From a virus (taxonomy: Duplodnaviria; Caudoviricetes): a stretch of DNA of 26,551 nucleotides. The notes under the pieces are model-generated. The model saw only the letters and a program-made list of their open reading frames with translations, was not told where the DNA came from and did not search any database. Positions within the stretch are counted from its first letter, which is position 1. Every line of letters begins with the position of its first letter. Positions 24,394 to 26,551 of this stretch are shown here, in pieces. The translations under genes were made by a program, and so were the position numbers. The stretch spans positions 1-26,551 of IMG/VR virus record IMGVR_UViG_3300020045_002813; one strand, given 5' to 3'.

Positions 24394-26405
24394 AGGTCAA
24401 TCACCATGTCGGCGTAGGCATCAAATTTGTCTGAATGAGTGATTATTATCTTTTGACCTGGTATGCTCTCTAAGCAACCCATGATAGCGAAAGTCCTGTC
24501 GTCATCACTGTCGGAGGTTGGCTCGTCAAAAATTATAAATCCACATGTAGGTGCAAACAAAGTCCTAAGTGTATCCCGCATTGCAATCCCGAAGACGCTC
24601 TTTGCAGAACCTGAGAGTGACTTTGCCGACAGACCATTAGCAAGAAATCCCTTCGCAGTCTTCTCAACAGTCGTAGGTTCGTTACGCATAATGGAGAAAG
24701 CATAAGCTGCTGACTCTAACACAGTGCCCCAGACACTGTTTAGCACCTTCGGCTTTGCATCACGCACTGACTTCAGGATCTTCGAGTTGCGTTCGTCAAG
24801 CCGTAACCTCTTCGTCAGATCAGCGTGATTCACCTTCTCTTCTTCAATTCTGTTCTGGAGATTGGAGACTGCTGTTCTATGCTCAGTCAGTCTAGCTATC
24901 TCTCCTTGATTCTGTCTCGTCAGTTGTTCTATCATGGCTGTCAGATCTTGGATGTTTATTGTCAATGCTCCTATTAATTGTTGCACTTCCTCAGTTGATT
25001 TCTTTTCCTCAATAACAATGCCTTTAACTTGCATAAACTTAGTCGCTGCTTTGTTATTAAGTTCAACCAACTTAGCAGAGTCTTCTTTCCGCTGACGTTC
25101 TGAGTTAATATTATCTGAAAGTAACTTCGAAGCAGCCAAGATCTCAGCGTCTTCAATTACAACAGGTTCCACACCTACCCACTTATATCTGTGGGGAACT
25201 ACTGACTTATCCACCTCAACATTAATGTCATCAATGTTTGGCCTGTTCTTATGTGATCTCTGAACACTGTCAATTAAAGATAAATAATTGTCTGTCTGTT
25301 TTGTTTCAAAAGACAATTTAGATTCCTCGTTGATGTACCTTTCAAGATCCTCCTGGAGTTTCTTATTGTGTTCCTCTTTCTTTTTACTTATGTCTGATCC
25401 ACACAGAGAACATACATCCTCGTTAGACATACTGTTGCGAGTCATCTTGATCTTGTAATGCGCAGATCCTAGATCAGCATACAATCTCTTTTTCTTTTCA
25501 GTTTGTTCAGTTATCTCCTGCTGAAGAGACTCAGGAGATCCTTCCCACTCATCACCAATAGTAAAGGAGTCAACGAGTTTCTTCAAAGCTATAAGCCTAC
25601 GAGATTCAGCAGCTCCTGAAATTGTAGCCTCTGCTTCCTTCAGATCTTCTTTGGGGATTGATAAATACTCTTTTGCTGTTAGTACGTCAATCTCCTTGTT
25701 GATTTCAGAAATTGTTAGCTCAAGCGAAGACTTATGTTGAACAGCAAGGTCAACTGAGTTGTTGTGTTTAGTGGCTTCTAACAAGGCATTGTTTGCATTC
25801 ACTAACAGCGTGTTAGCAGCACGTAATGATAACTCTTTTTCTTTTATAACAATCTCAGTGTCTATAATGTCTAGTTCTATCTCATCTTCATCAAGCTCCT
25901 CAGATTTGTTTTTGAGTTCTTCGTTGAGCTTCGTTGAGGTGTCTTCTGACTTCACTATCATCTCCTCGATAACAGCCTTTGATCCAGAAGGGAAAGTTAC
26001 TTTCACTTTTTCAATCAGGTCGTCTATCTGGGAGAACCCCGCTGCTGCCTCTATGAAAGCCACTGCCTCGCCCTGACGCTTGGCAATTACTCCGGCAGTG
26101 TCACCCTGCTCAGACACCAGAACGTAGCTCTCAGCTCCTTTGGCAAGCCCGAACAGCTTGTAAAAGAACTGAGAGACTTCCTCCTGACCTGAGATCTGAA
26201 CTCCGTTGCCTATCACAGAAGCAGAGGATGGTGATCGCTTCACCGTGTATGGGCCATAGTCCAGCTCGACCAACATCTTCTTCTCACCAAGGCGAATCTG
26301 CTCGGCAACTGTGACCTCCAGAGTGGAAGCTCCAAACATAGCATATAGCGGAGCCTTTGAAAAAATCGTTGATTTGCCTGACTCATTCTTTCCTCTTACC
26401 CCAAC
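24390..26405 (-). CDS. SbcC/Rad50-like recombination ATPase (T4 gp46 / T5 D13-like); native N-terminus apparently missing
   Basis: Walker A GKNESGKST, coiled coils with a CSLC zinc hook, signature LSGS, Walker B FIIFDEP, H-loop IITHS. Confidence 0.9.
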   Translation of the reverse strand, partial: VGVRGKNESGKSTIFSKAPLYAMFGASTLEVTVAEQIRLGEKKMLVELDYGPYTVKRSPSSASVIGNGVQISGQEEVSQFFYKLFGLAKGAESYVLVSEQGDTAGVIAKRQGEAVAFIEAAAGFSQIDDLIEKVKVTFPSGSKAVIEEMIVKSEDTSTKLNEELKNKSEELDEDEIELDIIDTEIVIKEKELSLRAANTLLVNANNALLEATKHNNSVDLAVQHKSSLELTISEINKEIDVLTAKEYLSIPKEDLKEAEATISGAAESRRLIALKKLVDSFTIGDEWEGSPESLQQEITEQTEKKKRLYADLGSAHYKIKMTRNSMSNEDVCSLCGSDISKKKEEHNKKLQEDLERYINEESKLSFETKQTDNYLSLIDSVQRSHKNRPNIDDINVEVDKSVVPHRYKWVGVEPVVIEDAEILAASKLLSDNINSERQRKEDSAKLVELNNKAATKFMQVKGIVIEEKKSTEEVQQLIGALTINIQDLTAMIEQLTRQNQGEIARLTEHRTAVSNLQNRIEEEKVNHADLTKRLRLDERNSKILKSVRDAKPKVLNSVWGTVLESAAYAFSIMRNEPTTVEKTAKGFLANGLSAKSLSGSAKSVFGIAMRDTLRTLFAPTCGFIIFDEPTSDSDDDRTFAIMGCLESIPGQKIIITHSDKFDAYADMVIDL

Positions 26406-26551
26406 CTCCATCTCTGATTGCATAGGAGGTAGTAAAAGATGTGCTGTAATTGATAACGGAGAAATTTCTTTCATCGAAACCTGGAACAAGTCAGACTTCA
26501 TCGACGTTAACTACACAGAACTTGACAGCATTGGCGATCAGCACTTCATAA
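26401..26551 (+). CDS. Internal fragment of a probable SbcD/Mre11-like nuclease, in inverted orientation
   Basis: The + frame is open to the window edge: PTSISDCIGGSKRCAVIDNGEISFIETWNKSDFIDVNYTELDSIGDQHFI. It resembles the segment after the last metallophosphoesterase motif; the identity is inference. Confidence 0.45.

Noticed and set aside
26406-26501. ORF-track N-terminus of the SbcC-like protein
   Set aside because: No SbcC-like features; better explained as antisense read-through of an inverted fragment.
1-26551. tRNA, rRNA or integrase/att features
   Set aside because: The intergenic gaps are short and I saw no cloverleaf, rRNA-like sequence or integrase.

Overview
A 26.5-kb piece of a tailed (siphovirus-type) phage genome. 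The + strand from 66 to 22461 carries a late operon. In order it holds neck/tail-completion genes, the major tail tube protein, a tail assembly chaperone with a -1 frameshift, a 2198-aa tape measure protein, an apparently internally deleted tail-tip gene, and a long array of fibre/spike genes including an M14 zinc peptidase and an SGNH esterase. An expanded lysis region follows: lipoprotein, secreted HNH nuclease, holin-like proteins, a CxxC..SHGxCxxC zinc-finger protein, a DUF1353/PLA2-like protein, a stand-alone response-regulator receiver and a GH24 lysozyme. The - strand from 22432 to about 26405 carries DNA-metabolism genes (dATP/dGTP diphosphohydrolase-like protein, ATP-dependent ligase, SbcC/Rad50-like ATPase). 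Most notable: (1) at least 11 copies of the palindrome AAAGTNACTTT, including two doubled intergenic sites, one directly below an antisense ribbon-helix-helix gene inserted in the tail operon; (2) signalling-type proteins inside the lysis cassette; (3) duplicated fibre-anchor cassettes; (4) apparent inversion junctions at both window ends plus an internal deletion, which may be amplification or assembly chimeras. All product calls come from motif recognition by eye; no searches were run.
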